From: Patescibacteria group bacterium
GTDB taxonomy: Bacteria > Patescibacteriota > WWE3 > UBA101185 > UBA10185
Assembly: GCA_049322215.1 (NCBI GenBank)
Contig: JBMORU010000001.1
Location: 260,023-324,022, forward strand
Direction: 5' to 3'
Length of the DNA: 64,000 bases
The notes under the pieces were generated by a model. The model had not been told where the DNA came from and ran no database searches. It saw only the letters and a program-made list of their open reading frames with translations. Below are positions 17,458-27,923 of this stretch, in pieces (the stretch's first letter is position 1; each line of letters begins with the position of its first letter). Made by a program: the position numbers and the translations under genes.

Positions 17458-18414
17458 ATGAAACTTTTAGTAACAGGTGGTGCCGGTTTTATAGGCGCTA
17501 ACTTTATTCTTTATTGGTTTGAAAACTACCCTACTGACGAAATTGTTAATTTAGATAAGCTAACTTACGCTGCAAACTTAAATAGCCTTGATTCTATAAA
17601 AGATTTTAAAAATTATAAGTTTGTTCAAGGTGATATTTGTGATGAATCTATTGTTAATGATTTAGTACAAATGGTTGATGTGGTAGTACATTTTGCAGCA
17701 GAGTCTTCGGTAGATAAATCTCTTAGCGAATCTCAGTTATTTTTTAAAACTAATGTAGAAGGAACAGGGTCAATACTTAAAGTAGTTCAAAAATATAACA
17801 AACGCTTTCATCATGTTTCTACAGATGAAGTATTTGGTAGTCTCGAGCTTAAATCTGAAGAGAAATTTAGTGAAAATACTCCTTATCATCCAAATAATCC
17901 TTATAGCGAAAGTAAAGCCGCATCTGACTTGCTTGTTAAAAAATATTTTGATGATTACGGCACAAAAGTAACCCTATCTAACTGTTCTAATAATTATGGG
18001 CCTTACCAAAACACCGAAAAGTTTATCCCTTTATTTATAACTAATTTGCTGCAAAATAAGCCTGTGCCGTTGTATGGTACTGGAAAAAATGTACGCGATT
18101 GGCTTTATGTAAAAGACCACTGTTTTGCCATAGACTTAATTTTGCAAAAAGGAAAACTCGGGGAACAGTACTGTATAGGTGGGGATAGTGAGTTTAGCAA
18201 CTTAGCGGTTGCCACAGAAATATTTAAAATTTTAGACCAAAACGCTGCGTACCTAGATTTTGTAGAAGACCGTATTAATCACGATTTACGCTATGCAATA
18301 GATCACTCAAAAATTACTAACGAATTAGGTTGGCGCCCTACCATTAAATTTAAGCAAGGATTGGCTGAAACTATAGAGTGGTATAAAAATAACGAACCCT
18401 GGTGGAAAAAATAA
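17458..18414 (+). CDS. rfbB: dTDP-glucose 4,6-dehydratase
   Basis: GGAGFIG, DKLTYA, HFAAES, STDEV, YSESK, NNYGPYQ, RDWLYV. Confidence 0.93.
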   Translation: MKLLVTGGAGFIGANFILYWFENYPTDEIVNLDKLTYAANLNSLDSIKDFKNYKFVQGDICDESIVNDLVQMVDVVVHFAAESSVDKSLSESQLFFKTNVEGTGSILKVVQKYNKRFHHVSTDEVFGSLELKSEEKFSENTPYHPNNPYSESKAASDLLVKKYFDDYGTKVTLSNCSNNYGPYQNTEKFIPLFITNLLQNKPVPLYGTGKNVRDWLYVKDHCFAIDLILQKGKLGEQYCIGGDSEFSNLAVATEIFKILDQNAAYLDFVEDRINHDLRYAIDHSKITNELGWRPTIKFKQGLAETIEWYKNNEPWWKK

Positions 18415-18456
18415 CTCTGCTCCAAATTTTAATTTACAAAATTTGAAACAGAGTTA
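18406..18456 (-). terminator. Long terminator hairpin of ORFan cassette
   Basis: TAACTCTG..CAAATTTT/AAAATTTG..CAGAGTTA; G-U pairs and U tract on minus strand. Confidence 0.65.
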
Positions 18457-18463
18457 GTGGTTT

Positions 18464-18883
18464 TTAAAGGTTACGCATGCGCTGAGAAATTTCGATATCC
18501 CAAATGTCTAAAACAATGCCTCCCAAGAGCCAAAGGATTGCACGCATAAACTGAGCGTCAGTTATCGTACTTCCGTATGTGTAAATTTCTGGCGCAAGGT
18601 ACATTGCCGGAATAACGCCTAGGAAAATGCACAACATAAATACAAGGCCAATTGCTGAGAGCGCAGTGTTGCATTTATTCACCATTTCTACGTACCCATT
18701 TGCTAACGATGAAAAGGCAGCTCCTGCTCCTAACGTAAAAGCTATGCCATATAGAATAGGATCATCAATTACAGCGTTAGTGCTGTTGTAGATTATTGGG
18801 ATTAGCGAAAGAGTTAATACAATGCGCAAAAATCCCAAAACATGACGGCCTCCGTAACCGTAAACTTTGTTTAGTTCAAACAT
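18464..18883 (-). CDS. ORFan 4-TM membrane protein (cassette)
   Basis: 139 aa; TATAAT, AAAAGGAG SD and own terminator. Confidence 0.75.
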   Translation of the reverse strand: MFELNKVYGYGGRHVLGFLRIVLTLSLIPIIYNSTNAVIDDPILYGIAFTLGAGAAFSSLANGYVEMVNKCNTALSAIGLVFMLCIFLGVIPAMYLAPEIYTYGSTITDAQFMRAILWLLGGIVLDIWDIEISQRMRNL

Positions 18884-18927
18884 TTGTATCTCCTTTTAGG
18901 GTGGATATTTGGTTATAGTATTATAGG

Positions 18928-19890
18928 TTATTTTGAGGGTTTGGGCAATTTTAGATTGTCGTACTCTTTGGATTTGGCTTCTGGTTCTTTACTAAAATAT
19001 TTGATTAATTCCTTATACGCTTCTTTAAGTATTGGATATTCTTTATATAGATCACTGACTTTACTATTTATGGTATTAATTTCATCAATGAATTTACCTA
19101 ACTCAAAGTCGTTTTTTTCAGTTTTTTTGACTTTCTCTAATGCGTACCTTGTTTCCGTTATTGCCATGTCTAGGTCTGTGTCTTTAAATTTTTCGCCTTT
19201 ATATACGTTTCCAATAATTCTCCACCCGTAAAGAAGGGCACTAGCGTACTCCTCGTTTTCCATCAGTATGAAGTACATATTTCTTTGACTATTTGCTCTT
19301 ATGACCTTATTTTCTTCTTCCATTATATGTAGGACACTGTTAGTTTTATCTGCTACTTCTTTTTTTGTATCATCTCTGAAATTTTCAAGCGTTTTTTTGT
19401 AAGTTTCTTCTAAAGCCAGTATTTTATTCTGAAATTTTTCTTCTTGTTTATCTAGTAAATCTTTATTTTCTTGCGTTAGATGCGCTACAGTTTTATTAAT
19501 GAGCTTTTCTGTAGCCGACTCCATATCTTTTTTTATTTCAGCAGCTTCTTTAGTTGCTGCCGCTTCCATTCTATCTTTTGCTACTAAAGCAGCGTAAATT
19601 ACGTTTAATACGGATACTACTACTGTAACTGCAGTTACAATTATGGAAAATAATACAGTTTGCTGGTTGAGAATGTCTTGAAAATTTATGATGCTCTCAG
19701 GGGTTTCTGTAGCAATTCTAATGGAAGCTTGTGTGCTTAGCTCTGCTTCTTTTTGATTAGTTATGTAGTTAACATGTGTTTCTTGGTTTGCCGCTAAATA
19801 TATATATCCGCAAAGTAGCGCAAAATTTAATAAGGTCATTATTAAAACAGTTATTATTGAAAATAAGTTTTCCTTTAGATCGTTTTTCAT
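18928..19890 (-). CDS. Membrane protein (2 TM) with coiled coil, unknown function
   Basis: 320 aa; E/K-rich helical C-terminus. Confidence 0.7.
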   Translation of the reverse strand: MKNDLKENLFSIITVLIMTLLNFALLCGYIYLAANQETHVNYITNQKEAELSTQASIRIATETPESIINFQDILNQQTVLFSIIVTAVTVVVSVLNVIYAALVAKDRMEAAATKEAAEIKKDMESATEKLINKTVAHLTQENKDLLDKQEEKFQNKILALEETYKKTLENFRDDTKKEVADKTNSVLHIMEEENKVIRANSQRNMYFILMENEEYASALLYGWRIIGNVYKGEKFKDTDLDMAITETRYALEKVKKTEKNDFELGKFIDEINTINSKVSDLYKEYPILKEAYKELIKYFSKEPEAKSKEYDNLKLPKPSK

Positions 19891-19900
19891 GTGTTCTTCT

Positions 19901-19927
19901 AAAAATCCCCGCTTGCGCGGGGATTTT
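19901..19927 (-). terminator. groEL intrinsic terminator
   Basis: AAAATCCCCGC-N4-GCGGGGATTTT. Confidence 0.85.
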
Positions 19928-19943
19928 CCTTCCGTGGCTTAAA

Positions 19944-21605
19944 TCACATCATTCCAGGCATACCGCCCATTCCACCCATGCCTCCTGGCATGCCTCCCAT
20001 TGCAGCACCTTCATCTTCTTTTGGTGCGTCTGCAACTAAGCATTCTGTGGTTAAAATCATTGTTGCTACAGAAACTGCATTTTGCAATGCGCTTCTTGTA
20101 ACTTTTGCTGGGTCAGTTACACCTGCTTCAATTAAGTTTCCATACTTCATGGTCATTACGTTAAAACCAATTCCATTGTCTTTCTTTTCTTTACCTAGTC
20201 TTTCGATTTCTCCTAAAACTTTACCACCGTCTTCACCTGCGTTTTCTATTATTACTCTTGCTGGTCTTTCCAAAGCTCTGTATAAAATGCTGGCTCCAAC
20301 TTTTTCTTCACCTTCAAGCTTTAGTTTTTCAATTGCAGATCTGATTCTTAGAAAAGTTACACCTCCACCGGGAACTATTCCTTCTTCTACGGCTGCTTTT
20401 GTAGCATTTACGGCGTCTTCTACACGAAGTTTCTTTTCTTTTAGCTCTGTTTCGGTTGCAGCACCTACATTTATTACAGCAACACCGCCTGTTAGTTTAG
20501 CTAATCTTTCTATTAGTTTTTCTTTATCGTAGGTTGATTCGGTGTTTTCAATTTGCTTTTGAATTTGTGCAACTCTGTCTTCAATTGCTTTTTTGCTGCC
20601 TTTTCCACCAACTATTTTAGTATCATCTTTTGTGGAAACTACTTTTTCAGCGCGTCCTAAATCCTCAATAGATACTGACTCTAGTTTTCTTCCCATATCT
20701 TCGCTAATTACGTTTCCGCCTGTTAATGCTGCTAAGTCTTCAAGCATTGCTTTTCTTCTGTCACCAAAACCTGGAGCTTTTACTGCTAAGGCGTTAAAAG
20801 TTCCCCTTAGTTTGTTTAGTGCTAAAGTTGCTAATGCTTCACCTTCAATATCTTCTGCAATAATTACCAAGTTTTTAGAAACTTTCATTAAGTTTTCTAG
20901 CATTGGTAATAATTCTTGAATGTTTGTTACTTTCGAATCGGTTAGAAGAATATAAGCATCTTCTACTTCAGCTTCCATTTTGTCGGGGTTTGTTACAAAG
21001 TAAGGTGATGTATAACCTTTATCAAATTGCATACCTGATTCGTACTTTAATTCCATTCCAAAACCTTTTGATTCTTGAATATCAATTACGCCGTTATCTC
21101 CAACTTTTTCCATAGCTTCTGCAATTAAATTGCCCATTTCTTCGTTTTGTGCAGATATTGTTGCAACTTGCGCTTTTTCGGCTTTGGTTGTAATTGGTTT
21201 AGCAATTTTTCCAATTTCTTCTACAGCTGCTTCGGCTGCTTTTTCTAAACCTTTTCTAAGTATCATAGGGTTTGCCCCAGCTGACACGTTTTTTAACCCT
21301 TCTTCGACTAATGTTTGAGCGAGTAGGGTAGAAGTAGTAGTACCGTCTCCGGCTACGTCGTTTGTTTTTTCAGACGCTTGTTTTACTAGTTGAGCACCCA
21401 TGTTTTCGAATTTATCTTCAAGTTCTATTTCTTTTGCAACAGTAACACCGTCGTGTACTACCTGTGGGGCTCCCCAGCTTTTATCTAGAGCCACGTTTCG
21501 ACCTTTTGGTCCTAAGGTTGTTACAACTGCGTTTGCAAGTGCATCTACACCTGACTTGAGTTTTTTTCTGGCTTCATCGCCATATATTATTTTCTTTGCT
21601 GCCAT
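19944..21605 (-). CDS. groEL: Chaperonin GroEL
   Basis: [18 protein letters not shown] tail. Confidence 0.99.
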   Translation of the reverse strand: MAAKKIIYGDEARKKLKSGVDALANAVVTTLGPKGRNVALDKSWGAPQVVHDGVTVAKEIELEDKFENMGAQLVKQASEKTNDVAGDGTTTSTLLAQTLVEEGLKNVSAGANPMILRKGLEKAAEAAVEEIGKIAKPITTKAEKAQVATISAQNEEMGNLIAEAMEKVGDNGVIDIQESKGFGMELKYESGMQFDKGYTSPYFVTNPDKMEAEVEDAYILLTDSKVTNIQELLPMLENLMKVSKNLVIIAEDIEGEALATLALNKLRGTFNALAVKAPGFGDRRKAMLEDLAALTGGNVISEDMGRKLESVSIEDLGRAEKVVSTKDDTKIVGGKGSKKAIEDRVAQIQKQIENTESTYDKEKLIERLAKLTGGVAVINVGAATETELKEKKLRVEDAVNATKAAVEEGIVPGGGVTFLRIRSAIEKLKLEGEEKVGASILYRALERPARVIIENAGEDGGKVLGEIERLGKEKKDNGIGFNVMTMKYGNLIEAGVTDPAKVTRSALQNAVSVATMILTTECLVADAPKEDEGAAMGGMPGGMGGMGGMPGMM

Positions 21606-21626
21606 TTAATAACCCTTTCTAATTAA

Positions 21627-21929
21627 TTAAGCTTCAACAATGGCAAGTACATCTTCTTCTTTTACTAGTAGATGTTCTTTACCATCAATTTTAATTTCTG
21701 TTCCACCCCATTTTTTGTACATGACTATGTCACCTACTTTAACTTCTAGGGGAATGTTTTTTCCGTTGTCGTCTCTTTTACCGGGACCAACGGCTATTAC
21801 TTTTCCTTCTTGTGGTTTTTCTTTAGCAGTGTCTGGGAGAACTATTCCCGATGGAAGTGTAGTTTCCCTTTCTAGTGGTTCAATTAAGAGATTATCGAAC
21901 AAAGGCTTTATCTTTGAGCTTTTTGCCAT
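21627..21929 (-). CDS. groES: Co-chaperonin GroES
   Basis: [22 protein letters not shown]. Confidence 0.99.
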   Translation of the reverse strand: MAKSSKIKPLFDNLLIEPLERETTLPSGIVLPDTAKEKPQEGKVIAVGPGKRDDNGKNIPLEVKVGDIVMYKKWGGTEIKIDGKEHLLVKEEDVLAIVEA

Positions 21930-22027
21930 TTTTATCCTCCAAATAAATAAATTTTAGATTTAAAATAATACGCAAGATATTAGATATATTGTAATTATTT
22001 AGTAAAACATCTCTTGCAGGTGAATTT

Positions 22028-22054
22028 ATAGCACTCTAATACCGAGAGTGTCAA
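22028..22054 (-). promoter_or_regulatory. CIRCE (HrcA operator) overlapping the groES promoter
   Basis: ATAGCACTC-N9-GAGTGTCAA versus consensus TTAGCACTC-N9-GAGTGCTAA; one arm supplies the TTGACA -35. Confidence 0.85.
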
Positions 22055-22102
22055 GTTTAGATGCAAGTTGTGATTTCTAGTAAAAATAGTATTTAGGAGA
22101 AT

Positions 22103-22150
22103 AAAAAAAGGGTCTAAATAAATACTGTGTTTTAGCACTTATTTAGACCT
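22103..22150 (-). terminator. Terminator of ORFan cassette
   Basis: GGTCTAAATAA/TTATTTAGACC plus U tract. Confidence 0.7.
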
Positions 22151-22159
22151 TAAAGCCTG

Positions 22160-22588
22160 TTACTTTTTACCGTTTTTGTTGTTGCCGTTAGATTTCATTG
22201 CCCTTAGCATAATGATAATGGTGAGGGGTTCTTCAAACAACATTTGTCTTAAAATACGCTTTATGATTTGATCTAAAAGCGTTACTGCAATAAAATGAGG
22301 CGCACGTCCCTTTTCAATTTCTTCTGTAAAGGAATTTGCAGGCATGGTGTTTTCCGGCAGGTTTGCGATCATTTTATTTTGCTGTGTACACCAAACTTGT
22401 ACCCCAAGCTTAAACTCGTTACCTTTTGCGTTTTTTTCGACAACGTCCAGTAACATTGCTGCCATTTTTAAAACTGTATTGCTGTTATCTGTTTCTGGTG
22501 CAATAACAATTTCAAATTTGTAAGGGTGTTCGTTAATCATAAAAGTGATTTCGTGAACGTGCCTTTCTTCAGAATTTTTTTTAGGCAT
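22160..22588 (-). CDS. ORFan hypothetical protein (cassette)
   Basis: 142 aa; TACAAT, TCACAAATCAAGGAGA leader, terminator. Confidence 0.7.
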   Translation of the reverse strand: MPKKNSEERHVHEITFMINEHPYKFEIVIAPETDNSNTVLKMAAMLLDVVEKNAKGNEFKLGVQVWCTQQNKMIANLPENTMPANSFTEEIEKGRAPHFIAVTLLDQIIKRILRQMLFEEPLTIIIMLRAMKSNGNNKNGKK

Positions 22589-22716
22589 AGTAAGTCTCCT
22601 TGATTTGTGAATTAGTTGAGCAATTGTACTATGGGGTCTTAATCTTTACAACCATAACTATTATAGGGTATATTTCTTGCGCTTACATAATAAATATAAA
22701 AAGGAGAGTCTATTAA

Positions 22717-23340
22717 ATGGACAAAGAAAAGAGTAAAAAGCGTAGTACGTTGTATAAAGCCTTTGGGTTGGTGCTGCTGCTTGGTTTTGTTTTAAACTTT
22801 TTTATAGTTGGTTTCACAAAACCTGGGGAAATAGCGCTGCAGTATGATTTTTCAATTGAGTACGATGCTGCTTTAGCCGAGGACTTGCACGGTATTTCGT
22901 ATCCAAATTTTTCAGGAGATATGGGCACTATTCAAGATAATGCATTAGCGTACGAGGAGTCTGACACTTTTGCTGCATACAATGAAACACGTGTACTAGT
23001 TGAAGAACCCACTTGTGAAGCTGATGTTTGGTTGATTGAGTGTGATATGTGGGTGTTAAAAGAAGCAGATAATTTAACTCCTGCTATCTATTACATCTAT
23101 GGAAATTCTTATGTAGGTAAAATAGATGGTGTGAGTATTGGAGCCTATCGGTTAGATAAAACTTCTCTCCATTTTGAAGGATCTATTTTAAAGGGTACAT
23201 ACCAATACCATAAGTTAGAGCACATCGCTGCAATAGTTTGGGTATGGGTTTTTTCTGCCCTATTAGTGTTTTTACTTAGGTGGTTTTACCAAATTACTTT
23301 TGGTTCAGTAAATCCAAATTTCGGTCCGGACATGCTTTAA
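22717..23340 (+). CDS. ORFan membrane protein, two terminal TMs (cassette)
   Basis: 207 aa; AAGGAGAG SD; terminator. Confidence 0.75.
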   Translation: MDKEKSKKRSTLYKAFGLVLLLGFVLNFFIVGFTKPGEIALQYDFSIEYDAALAEDLHGISYPNFSGDMGTIQDNALAYEESDTFAAYNETRVLVEEPTCEADVWLIECDMWVLKEADNLTPAIYYIYGNSYVGKIDGVSIGAYRLDKTSLHFEGSILKGTYQYHKLEHIAAIVWVWVFSALLVFLLRWFYQITFGSVNPNFGPDML

Positions 23341-23349
23341 ACTTTGTTT

Positions 23350-23396
23350 GCCTGGTTTTTGTAGCTGCTCTATAAAAATCAGGCTTTTGTTTTTGT
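23350..23396 (+). terminator. Terminator of ORFan cassette
   Basis: GCCTGGTTTTTGTAG/CTATAAAAATCAGGC plus U-rich tail. Confidence 0.75.
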
Positions 23397-23409
23397 TAGA
23401 CTTTATTAC

Positions 23410-23484
<75 letters not shown>

Positions 23485-23582
23485 ATGTAACTGGAATAAT
23501 AACACACTAACGGTGCAAATTTCCTAATAATTATGTTGCTATTTTAACACCTGCATGTTAACTTAGATTTAGTTTAGACCCT

Positions 23583-24815
23583 ATGCCAATGACCACAATT
23601 GCACCACAAGTTAATAAAAAATCTAATCTAACTAGTTACCTTATATATGTAGTGACTGCAATTGGTATAGTCTTGCTGATATTTTTTGGAAGTAAATTAA
23701 TTTCGAATTTTAATAAAATAACAGGTAAAGCAGCTCTTATGGCAGAAGTTTATAACGGTGATGCCAAAGTTTATTTAGATGATACTTACTTGGCAGACAC
23801 TCCTTTTGATTCTTCTGCGCAAGAAGATACTGTAGAAATAAAACCCGGAGAACATAAAGTTTCAGTACGAAACGATACAAGAAATTATGATGTTACCTTA
23901 AACTTTTTGCCGAGCACGCAAGTTGTACTTAATAGAGATCTGGGCGTATCAGATGTGTTTTCTTCTGGACAAAACTTTTGGATAGAAGAGGCCGACTCAG
24001 GCACCGTTTTAAGTGTAATTGCAGAACCCAACACTGCTGCTGTTTATATAGACAGTACTCGTGTAGGAAACGCGCCTTATTCATCAAGCGATTTAACCGA
24101 TGGTGAATACGATTTGCGTGTAGAGGCCCCCGGTTATGAATCTCAAACGGCACGTATAAAAGTACAAAAGGGTTACAAACTAAATGTAGCTATTAAGTTG
24201 TTCCCACTTCCTGTTCCAACAAAAGTAGAGTTATTACCTGACTCTGAAAGTTTATACAATGTGGCTGTTAATGATAATGTTGTTACTGCTGATGTAAACT
24301 CTTGGGTGAAAGCTGTAGTTTATTGGAATAAAACAAGGGGTATAAACTTAGCAGGATCGGGGCTTAATCAGGATTTGGTTTTTGATTACTTCTTAACTTA
24401 TGATGGAAGCATTTACGATAAAAATGGTAATAAGCTAGATGATTTAAGTAAGCCTGATTTATTGGTGGCTACCGAAAAAGGTGCCTATTTGGGAAGAATC
24501 TCAGATGGAACAGGTTTAAGCGAGCCCGCTAAGAGCACGCTAGAAACTTTAGGTGGCGCTTTGTCAGGTTCTACACGTGTAGAAGTATTACAAACAGGTG
24601 TTGGCTGGTTACGTGTGCGTGGTGCTCCAGGTTTAGGCGGTGTGGAAGTAACAAAAGTAAACGTTGGTGAAGTTTACGAGGTGCTTGAAGTTCAAAATGA
24701 TTGGACCAAAATTAAAGTATCTGATTTGATTGAAGGTTGGGTTTCTTCTCAATACGTTAAGGAAGTCACAGAAGAGCCCGAAGTAGCAGACCCAGCTGAA
24801 GCCGTAACGGAATAG
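23583..24815 (+). CDS. PEGA-domain protein with C-terminal SH3b domain
   Basis: N-terminal TM; two VYxD...G/D-x-P...G.H/Y repeats; LRVRGAPG...WTKI...GWVSSQYV. Confidence 0.85.
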   Translation: MPMTTIAPQVNKKSNLTSYLIYVVTAIGIVLLIFFGSKLISNFNKITGKAALMAEVYNGDAKVYLDDTYLADTPFDSSAQEDTVEIKPGEHKVSVRNDTRNYDVTLNFLPSTQVVLNRDLGVSDVFSSGQNFWIEEADSGTVLSVIAEPNTAAVYIDSTRVGNAPYSSSDLTDGEYDLRVEAPGYESQTARIKVQKGYKLNVAIKLFPLPVPTKVELLPDSESLYNVAVNDNVVTADVNSWVKAVVYWNKTRGINLAGSGLNQDLVFDYFLTYDGSIYDKNGNKLDDLSKPDLLVATEKGAYLGRISDGTGLSEPAKSTLETLGGALSGSTRVEVLQTGVGWLRVRGAPGLGGVEVTKVNVGEVYEVLEVQNDWTKIKVSDLIEGWVSSQYVKEVTEEPEVADPAEAVTE

Positions 24816-24825
24816 CTAATGTCCT

Positions 24826-25410
24826 TTATCTGATATCCTCGTGCCATTCCAGTAAATCTGGTCTTAACGCTTTTATATCTTCTTTAGTTTTTTCAAATTT
24901 TTCATATTGAAAGAGCTTTTTGTAATATTTTGCTAACAACACCTTTACTCCAACATCTTGTGGTGCATAGTTTTCTGCATAAGCATAATATTCGTTTACT
25001 TTAGTTAAATTATCGGCGTCTAAGTTGTTTATAGAAGCTTCTTTAGCTAAATCTTTTACACCTACAAAATAGTATATAGGTACGTTATTCCTTATTGTAG
25101 CTAAATTTTTGTCGTTGAGTTTTATTGCTGTTTCTAATTTATTCACTGCCGTTTGTTTTAGTTCATCTTTATTGGTTTCCTCTACAGTTTTAGCAAGTAA
25201 TGCCTTTGCTTCTGCCTGATAGTAACGTGGCTCATTTTTGTTTAATTTTTGTGCGTTTTGAGCCTCTTCAATTGATTTATCAATATAGCCTTTGGTAAGT
25301 AATTCTTTTGACGTAACATATGCCCTATCTGCGTTGTATATGTTTACAAACTTATATATAAAGAATACATATGCTAATGTAATTCCTAGAATTGTCATTT
25401 GTTTTAGCAT
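24826..25410 (-). CDS. TM plus TPR-like protein (resembles an O-antigen ligase C-terminal module)
   Basis: TM, YNADRAY, AQKLNKNEPRYY and AIKLNDKN helical repeats. Confidence 0.65.
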   Translation of the reverse strand: MLKQMTILGITLAYVFFIYKFVNIYNADRAYVTSKELLTKGYIDKSIEEAQNAQKLNKNEPRYYQAEAKALLAKTVEETNKDELKQTAVNKLETAIKLNDKNLATIRNNVPIYYFVGVKDLAKEASINNLDADNLTKVNEYYAYAENYAPQDVGVKVLLAKYYKKLFQYEKFEKTKEDIKALRPDLLEWHEDIR

Positions 25411-25428
25411 TTTTCTATATTATCAAAT

Positions 25429-25809
25429 ATGTCTAAATTTAAGGATAAAGTAATTGAGGTAGTAAAAATCATTCCATATGGGTATGTGGTTAGTTATGGG
25501 CAAGTAGCGTTAATGTGTGGAGTTCCTAGGGCAGCACGTCAGGTTGGGTGGATTTTAAATGGCTTGGAAGGAGAAATTCAACTTCCTTGGTGGAGAGTTG
25601 TTAACAATCAAGGAAGAGTAAGTATAAAAGGTTCTAAATATTCGGCACTAGATCAGAAAATGCTTTTAGAAAAGGAAGGCATAAATATTAGTAATGACTT
25701 AACTTTTGATATAGAAAAGCATCGCTTTAGGCCTTCTGTAGATGTCTTAAAAAAATTCGAACTAGATGATGATTACATTTCAATTCTTTTAGAAAAGTAT
25801 TTGTATTAA
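25429..25809 (+). CDS. Alkyltransferase-like (MGMT family) DNA-binding protein
   Basis: IPYGYVVSYGQVA, AARQVG, LPWWRVVN (Trp in place of the acceptor Cys). Confidence 0.9.
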   Translation: MSKFKDKVIEVVKIIPYGYVVSYGQVALMCGVPRAARQVGWILNGLEGEIQLPWWRVVNNQGRVSIKGSKYSALDQKMLLEKEGINISNDLTFDIEKHRFRPSVDVLKKFELDDDYISILLEKYLY

Positions 25810-25811
25810 TT

Positions 25812-27128
25812 TTAAGTATGTTTTTCTAAATTTAAGGGTTCCCAAAAGCTAAGGTAAAACCAAAATATAAGAGCAGTAGCCACTGTTGGCCAACCAAAAA
25901 TATTTGTAACGAAAAAGGCTACTAGTGGTCCTGTTAACATTTTATTTGGTTTTTTAAAAACTCTGTTAATAAAAAATAAGTATGACGTCAAACCAAAAAT
26001 TCCCAAATTTGACCAAAGTTCTAAGTAGTAATTGTGAGGTTTATTAAAAATAAAATTCCATTCTGAAGAGTAGTTTAGTTGAGTGGGTCTAAATTTTTGA
26101 AATTCGTACGGAAATGTTTCAGGACCTGTACCAATTAAAACATTTTTTGAAGAGCTTGTGATTAAATCGAGTGTTCCTTGCCATAAAGCTTTTCTAATAC
26201 TACCTGTGTCAGAAATTTCATATTCACTTTGCGCATATACGCTTTCAACATAGCTTAACTTTCTTAATTCTGTGTATATATCATTTATTTTGCTGCTAAA
26301 AATACCGGGATTGGTTATAGATATAAAACTACATATAATTAATATTGCTAATATTTTTTTGTAACCCTTAATAACCTTATTTATATTAAGTGCTGCTGTA
26401 ATCGTTGTGCCTATTAGTAATCCAATAATTCCTGATATTGAATAAGTAAACCATAAGGCAGAAAAGTTTAATAATGCAATTGCTATCCATAAAGTACTTT
26501 TTTTAGTGGAATCTATTAAAACAAAGTAAAGCGAAATTAATAGCTGCATTGCTAAATAGGCAGCTAGCCAATTAGGCTGTCCAAAAGTAGAAAATACTCT
26601 GGTAGTTTCGTTCGTTTCCCATAAAATAGCTATAAAGGAAAAATGCTGTGTAATTGCATATATGCTTACAGGTACAGAAGAAAATAAAATGGTTTCCGTT
26701 AATTTTAATTTATCTGCTTTTGTAAGCGTATTTATCGCCACTATATATATTCCGTACAGTATTATTACTGAAACTAAGCCTCCATTAAACCTAGTATAGT
26801 AACCCCAAACAGATGTGTACACGTGCGTACTAAACATTGTTGAAAGCAAATAAGTTAGTACAAAAATTAATGCCCAAATAGACCCTAATTTTGGTAGCTT
26901 TTTCTCTATTATTACTTTAAGCATGAATAGCCAAATTAACGTTGTTCCTACAATGTATAAAAATATGGTTTTAGGAAACTCAAACAATTCATTTGTATTT
27001 GTAACAAAAATAAGAGGTGTAAAAAACAACAAAAACCCAAAGATACCTTTATTTATTTGCTTATATTCTGGCAGTGTAATTGACAGTGTTTTAAGCCTAG
27101 CTGTATTATCATAGTTAGATCTGTCCAT
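25812..27128 (-). CDS. O-antigen ligase (Wzy_C) family protein
   Basis: RVFSTFGQPNWLA, IGTGPETF, KPHNYYLE; start uncertain. Confidence 0.85.
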   Translation of the reverse strand: MDRSNYDNTARLKTLSITLPEYKQINKGIFGFLLFFTPLIFVTNTNELFEFPKTIFLYIVGTTLIWLFMLKVIIEKKLPKLGSIWALIFVLTYLLSTMFSTHVYTSVWGYYTRFNGGLVSVIILYGIYIVAINTLTKADKLKLTETILFSSVPVSIYAITQHFSFIAILWETNETTRVFSTFGQPNWLAAYLAMQLLISLYFVLIDSTKKSTLWIAIALLNFSALWFTYSISGIIGLLIGTTITAALNINKVIKGYKKILAILIICSFISITNPGIFSSKINDIYTELRKLSYVESVYAQSEYEISDTGSIRKALWQGTLDLITSSSKNVLIGTGPETFPYEFQKFRPTQLNYSSEWNFIFNKPHNYYLELWSNLGIFGLTSYLFFINRVFKKPNKMLTGPLVAFFVTNIFGWPTVATALIFWFYLSFWEPLNLEKHT

Positions 27129-27707
27129 ATGTTTTCTAAAATTTTGATAAAACTAGTTGATGAAGCAATAGTACCTGCCTTACTCCTTATAGTTACACGG
27201 GTGGTGTCTATTGTATTCTTTGCAAGCTATCTACACATTGATTATGAACTAGGTCCTGCCGGCTTTACATATACAAATGTAGAAGATTACATAGCTATAA
27301 ATTCTTATTCCATTCTCTCAATGGTATTAGTTTTATCTTTGGGAGTATTATACATCTTATTAAAGTCTTATTTATTTCACGACACTCACATAACGCCTGT
27401 TTTAACGGCTAAACTATTTTCATTACGTTTATCCTCATTTATTCAAACATCTTTTGATTTATATTCACAAGGTACTGTCTGGTTATCCTATTCTTACTTA
27501 TTGTTAATGGTTTCTGCCATTATGACTTTCTTCGGATTTATTTATACTTGGGTATTTTTAACCGCGTTAGTTTTTTGTGTAATTTCCACCTACTTTTTTG
27601 TTTTAGATGTAGAAGATGAAGTTTTTCAAGAGCCTTCAGATAAGTCTAAAATGCCCATGGAAGAAGTAATTTTAAATTTAGAAGGTATAGATGAAGGATT
27701 CAAATAA
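27129..27707 (+). CDS. Membrane protein
   Basis: 192 aa, 4 TM. Confidence 0.7.
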   Translation: MFSKILIKLVDEAIVPALLLIVTRVVSIVFFASYLHIDYELGPAGFTYTNVEDYIAINSYSILSMVLVLSLGVLYILLKSYLFHDTHITPVLTAKLFSLRLSSFIQTSFDLYSQGTVWLSYSYLLLMVSAIMTFFGFIYTWVFLTALVFCVISTYFFVLDVEDEVFQEPSDKSKMPMEEVILNLEGIDEGFK

Positions 27708-27912
27708 GCAGTTACATCACATTTTAATAGATATAAGTTTAATGGTGTTACTGTTTGGTTTATTTGCTTTACCTTTAACCTCTTTTGGCTTAACTACTTA
27801 TAAACAAAATTCTTTAGCACCTTCAGGGGCTGTATTATCAGATCAAGACTATATTTATAACGGTGTAGAAGAGAGTACTGAAGCTACTAGCTCTACTTTA
27901 ATTTATAGATAA
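27691..27912 (+). CDS. Small single-TM protein
   Basis: 73 aa, overlaps the upstream gene. Confidence 0.55.
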   Translation: MKDSNKQLHHILIDISLMVLLFGLFALPLTSFGLTTYKQNSLAPSGAVLSDQDYIYNGVEESTEATSSTLIYR

Positions 27913-27923
27913 AAATTTAGCCT

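Noticed and set aside
19776-21609. + strand ORFs over groEL and similar short overlapping ORFs elsewhere
   Set aside because: Antisense shadows of well-supported genes
22132-22140. TTAGCACTT as a second CIRCE
   Set aside because: Half-site only, lying inside a terminator hairpin
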